This document shows positions 38,641 through 42,266 of a DNA stretch of 42,266 bases, piece after piece. The stretch spans positions 1 to 42,266 of the forward strand of contig JAOZPT010000016.1 in assembly GCA_029932605.1 (NCBI GenBank), written 5' to 3'. Position numbers and translations under genes: made by a program. Source of the stretch: Candidatus Zixiibacteriota bacterium. GTDB lineage: Bacteria; Zixibacteria; MSB-5A5; UBA10806; 4484-95. The notes beneath the pieces are model-generated. The model ran no database searches. It was given only the letters and a program-made list of their open reading frames with translations, and was not told the origin of the DNA. Within the stretch, counting starts at the first letter, position 1; each line of letters begins with the position of its first letter.

Positions 38641-39690
38641 TTAATTCTCTGCTAATCTCTCTTTAAGGTAATCTATCACCCGTATTGGCGTCGGGTCAAC
38701 CTTATTTAATAGTGCCATATAAAAAGAGGTGTAATCGGCTAATTGAATTAACGAAAATAATCTTGTTAAGAGTTCATCGCCTTGAGTATAAAGCTCGATC
38801 ACCTCTACATTCTTTTCAGAAATGATTTTCAATACGATATCCATACGGCGAGCAATTTGTTCGTTGTCATCTTTATCACGCAGGATAACTACAACCATAT
38901 TTTCCCCATGTGATACTGAGAGCTCCCATCCCACAAGTTCGTTGTGGTTGAATTCGGGAAAAACGTTGCAGAATGCCAACTGCTTTGCATTTTCACAAAT
39001 CTGCGTCTTGAAACGATAACCTACTACACCCATATTGCTTGAGCCTGAATAAATTACTATTACTTTACCGGCAAGCTTTAAAGCCAGATCATAAGCACCA
39101 TTTTCAGAAGATCCAAATTGATACCGACTTCCCCAGTGCCTTAGATTTTTAGCAGTTTGTTCAAGCTCAAAACTGTAATCTCGACATAACCCCAACCGTC
39201 CAAAAATAACCATCAGCGGTGCAAAAGAGTAACCAAGTGCCGACCGAGGCATCAATCCGGAGGGGATAACAACAACTGGTTTGCCATCCCGTTTTGCCCG
39301 GCGGCAAAGCTCACCTCCGGTGGTAATACAAAAAACATTACAGCTTTTCCCCAATGCCGTCTCGTAGGCAGATAATGTTTCCTCGGTATTACCCGAATAA
39401 CTCGAACATATCACAAGCGAGTCCTTACCCGAATACAACGGTAAACCATAATTCCTGTGAACATCGAAACGAATAGAAAGTTCACACTGCAAAAAACTTT
39501 TTATGAGATCACCACTTATTGCCGACCCTCCCATGCCGGCCAAGATGATGTTTCTGAATTCAGCCCCTTCAAGATTTTCTAAATCCGAATTGTAGCCTAT
39601 ATCGATACCGTCAATAAGTTGTTTATGAAAATCAACAATTTTCTCATACATATTCTGCCGGTCGAACCTCCTCAGCGAAATATCAACCAT
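38641..39690 (-). CDS. Bifunctional phosphoglucose/phosphomannose isomerase
   Basis: GMGGS, SYSGNTEET, ENAK, PEFNHNE, VDPTP. Confidence 0.93.
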   Translation of the reverse strand: MVDISLRRFDRQNMYEKIVDFHKQLIDGIDIGYNSDLENLEGAEFRNIILAGMGGSAISGDLIKSFLQCELSIRFDVHRNYGLPLYSGKDSLVICSSYSGNTEETLSAYETALGKSCNVFCITTGGELCRRAKRDGKPVVVIPSGLMPRSALGYSFAPLMVIFGRLGLCRDYSFELEQTAKNLRHWGSRYQFGSSENGAYDLALKLAGKVIVIYSGSSNMGVVGYRFKTQICENAKQLAFCNVFPEFNHNELVGWELSVSHGENMVVVILRDKDDNEQIARRMDIVLKIISEKNVEVIELYTQGDELLTRLFSLIQLADYTSFYMALLNKVDPTPIRVIDYLKERLAEN

Positions 39691-41476
39691 TGTTGGCTCC
39701 CCTCATGAAATCAACAAGCGGTACCAAGCTTGGAAAATATAATTTCACCTTTTTTCTTAAAAACTCCTCAACATGTAATGCGGTCTTTTTCCGGCAAGCC
39801 ATCCTTGCTATCGCACGCGCCCGTTTTTTATCGATATTTCGTATCAGTTGCTTGACCATTCCGGTAGCCTGATAATTAACAGAGATTTCATCAATACCTA
39901 ATCCTACAAGCAGTATCACGCCATAAGGATCGGCAGCAAACTCGCCACAAATACCAACCCTTATATTATGTTTGTGACCGGCTCTGATCGTTTGTTCAAT
40001 CATCTTCAACACAGCCGGATGGAAACTTTGATAAAGGTGGGAAAGAATTTCATTTGTCCTGTCTACAGCTAAGGCATATTGAATTAGGTCGTTGGTGCCT
40101 AGCGAGAAGAAATCGACCTCATCAGCCAAATATTCAGCTATCATAACAGCCGAAGGTATCTCAATCATTATTCCAAGAGGTATCTTCTTCTTAAACATCG
40201 CTTTTTCTTTTGCAAGTTCATCCTGGCATTGCTGAATCAATTCTTTGGTCTCAATAAGCTCATCAAGATTGGAAATCATTGGCAACATTATTTCAAGATT
40301 GCCATAAACCGATGCTTTCAGCAAAGCCTTAAGCTGGGTTTTGAATATATCCGGTCGGTCTAAACAAAAACGAATAGCCCGCCATCCAAGAAACGGATTT
40401 GGGTCGATGGCCTTAACCTTAGAGCTTGTAAACTTGTCACCTCCAAGGTCAAATGTCCTTATTATAACCGGGCAATCTCCCATCCTTTTTAATATCGTTT
40501 TATAAATCCGAAATTGCTTGCTGATGTCCGGGAAATCGTTATCTGTTAAAAAAAGGTTTTCTGTGCGGAACAGCCCTATACCTTCAGCTCCATACTTAAT
40601 GACCTTTGCCGTCTCCGAGGGAAGCTCGATATTATTTAAGATCTTGATCCTATAACCGTCCTTGGTCTGAGCAGGCTGGTCTCTAAGAACTAGAAACTGC
40701 CTAAATAAATCCGATAAAAACCTCTGACGCAAATGATAATACTTTAAGGTTTCACTCCCAGGATTAATGTAAAGTCTACCGGTCAGACCATCAATGATAA
40801 CATTGTCACCGGTATTTACCTTCTCTACCGTAGAACCCAACCCGACAACCGCTGGAAGGTTCAATGACTTGGCTAAAAGAGAAGTATGAGATGTCACGCC
40901 CCCTAAACCGGTGGCAAAACCAACCTTCTTTCGCACCGAAAAACCAAGCAGATCACCCGGAGTAAGGTCTCTGGCCACCACCACAGTAGGCCCTTTAAAA
41001 TATCCAACTGTAGATTTTTTTACTCCCTGAAGGACACTTATTAGTTTTGCACAAACCGAATTTATATCCAGAATTCTCTCTTTCAAATAAGGATCAGAAG
41101 ATTTAGAGAGCTGTTTGATAACAGCATCAATCTGCTGGTAATATATGTAGGCAGCATTCAGCTTCTCCTTCTCTATAAGTTCAACAACCTTTGAATTGAT
41201 AATCTGGTCATCAACTATCATCGACTGAGCTTCAAATATCCTAGCATATTCAGGACCTAATCTTTTACTGACATCTTCAGACAGCTTTCTTAGACCTCTT
41301 TTCACCGTGGCGATCGCCCTCTTGAAATCAGCGATCTCTTTATCAACTTTATCCGCATTTATTGGATAAGATTCGACATTGACCTTCTCTTTATTAAGCA
41401 CAACTGCCCTGCCGATAATTATGCCCGGAGAGGCGGCTATTCCTTTTAATAAGATACCTTTTCTCTTTTTTTCCAT
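39683..41476 (-). CDS. ptsI: PTS enzyme I (PEP-protein phosphotransferase)
   Basis: GGVTSHT phospho-His, GIGLFRTE, RTFDLGGDK, NPFLGWRAIR, GTNDLIQY, GICGE. Confidence 0.96.
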   Translation of the reverse strand: MEKKRKGILLKGIAASPGIIIGRAVVLNKEKVNVESYPINADKVDKEIADFKRAIATVKRGLRKLSEDVSKRLGPEYARIFEAQSMIVDDQIINSKVVELIEKEKLNAAYIYYQQIDAVIKQLSKSSDPYLKERILDINSVCAKLISVLQGVKKSTVGYFKGPTVVVARDLTPGDLLGFSVRKKVGFATGLGGVTSHTSLLAKSLNLPAVVGLGSTVEKVNTGDNVIIDGLTGRLYINPGSETLKYYHLRQRFLSDLFRQFLVLRDQPAQTKDGYRIKILNNIELPSETAKVIKYGAEGIGLFRTENLFLTDNDFPDISKQFRIYKTILKRMGDCPVIIRTFDLGGDKFTSSKVKAIDPNPFLGWRAIRFCLDRPDIFKTQLKALLKASVYGNLEIMLPMISNLDELIETKELIQQCQDELAKEKAMFKKKIPLGIMIEIPSAVMIAEYLADEVDFFSLGTNDLIQYALAVDRTNEILSHLYQSFHPAVLKMIEQTIRAGHKHNIRVGICGEFAADPYGVILLVGLGIDEISVNYQATGMVKQLIRNIDKKRARAIARMACRKKTALHVEEFLRKKVKLYFPSLVPLVDFMRGANNG

Positions 41477-41749
41477 TTATTCTTCACCAAACTTAGTTTC
41501 AAAAATCTTCACTACTGCTTTTAGCGCCGATTTCTCATCAGGGCCATCAGTGACCACCGTAATCCTCGCCCCTTTCTCCGCAGCCAACATCATCACGCCC
41601 ATTATGCTTTTACCGTTTACCTCAAGAGTACCTTTCTTAAGGTAAATCTCCGAGATAAACTTGCTGGCTGTCTTAACTAACAACGCTGCTGGTCGTGCGT
41701 GTAAGCCCAGCTTATTTATAATGGTAACCTCCCTTGATACCACATTCAA
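41477..41749 (-). CDS. ptsH: Phosphocarrier protein HPr
   Basis: GLHARPAA (His15), NGKSIMG (Ser46); alternative GTG start at 41743. Confidence 0.96.
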   Translation of the reverse strand: MNVVSREVTIINKLGLHARPAALLVKTASKFISEIYLKKGTLEVNGKSIMGVMMLAAEKGARITVVTDGPDEKSALKAVVKIFETKFGEE

Positions 41750-42266
41750 GCCCTTGCTATATAATTACCAGGTCGTCTGACAACCAAACCCGCAAGCTCG
41801 AGTTTCAAAACGATTGCGGATATTTTCGACGGTTGAAATCCCAGTTTTCTGACCAGCTCATCAAAATGAGCCGGACCTGCACCAACCAAGTCACAAATTT
41901 TTTGTTCATTGGGATCCAGGTCGATTGCTATTTGCTCAGTGGAGATTCCTGACTTTCCTACCACTGGTGAAATCTCCCAGCCCAGCGAGCCAAGAATATC
42001 CTCCGGAGAGGTGGCAACAGCTGCACCTTCTTTTAGCAAGTTGATGGTGCCATGGCTTTTGAGATTATCTGCTCGGCCAGGAACGGCAAAAACCTCCTTC
42101 CCCTGGTCAACTGCCAACCCGGCAGTAACAAGCGCTCCCGATTTTTCAGCCGCCTCAACAACAACCACCGCTTCAACCAAACCGGATATGATCCTGTTAC
42201 GCCGAGGGAAATTATGTTTTTCAGGTTTGGTTCCAAATGGGAACTCCGAAAGCAAGAAACCCTTTT
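41746..42266 (-). CDS. dprA: DNA-processing protein DprA, C-terminal part (start outside the window)
   Basis: SEFP..FPRRNRIISGL..VVEAAEKSGALVTA..VFAVPG; C-terminal winged helix LELAG. Confidence 0.95.
   Translation of the reverse strand, partial: KGFLLSEFPFGTKPEKHNFPRRNRIISGLVEAVVVVEAAEKSGALVTAGLAVDQGKEVFAVPGRADNLKSHGTINLLKEGAAVATSPEDILGSLGWEISPVVGKSGISTEQIAIDLDPNEQKICDLVGAGPAHFDELVRKLGFQPSKISAIVLKLELAGLVVRRPGNYIARA

Overview
Core-genome region of an AT-rich diderm (LPS-making) bacterium. The gene content and order suggest the FCB superphylum, possibly a Zixibacteria-like lineage (inference only). Almost every gene is on the minus strand; only lptF-lptG is on plus. Reading in the direction of transcription: dprA (partial), ptsH, ptsI, pgi/pmi, sugar nucleotidyltransferase, metK, ahcY, csp, [lptFG, opposite strand], yhaM-like, flavin reductase, tgt, yajC, def, fmt, rne/rng, DUF2148, rplU, bamA, skp, lpxD, trxA, OsmC-like, rhomboid, pseudo-receiver protein, ccdA, ZAS anti-sigma, DUF2064-like, Ser/Thr kinase, M16 protease, deacetylase, FAH hydrolase, creatininase, two outer-membrane barrels, a DUF4388/MshEN three-gene unit, a small Zn-ribbon bL38-like protein and a four-subunit 2-oxoacid:ferredoxin oxidoreductase. 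I saw no tRNA, rRNA, CRISPR array or mobile element. The most interesting signals are regulatory or unannotated: (1) the same GGAAC-N18-GTT ECF-type promoter in front of trxA and of ccdA, which is followed by an unusually Cys-rich anti-sigma (candidate thiol-redox circuit); (2) several sigma28-like promoters in front of non-flagellar genes, some catalytically degenerate; (3) a near-consensus sigma54 promoter with enhancer-like palindromes; (4) an apparent AUA start codon for tgt; (5) a structured metK leader that I could not match to known SAM riboswitches; (6) a candidate structured RNA at about 6.3-6.5 kb; (7) rplU joined to bamA with no rpmA. All family assignments come from motif recognition by eye, not from database searches.
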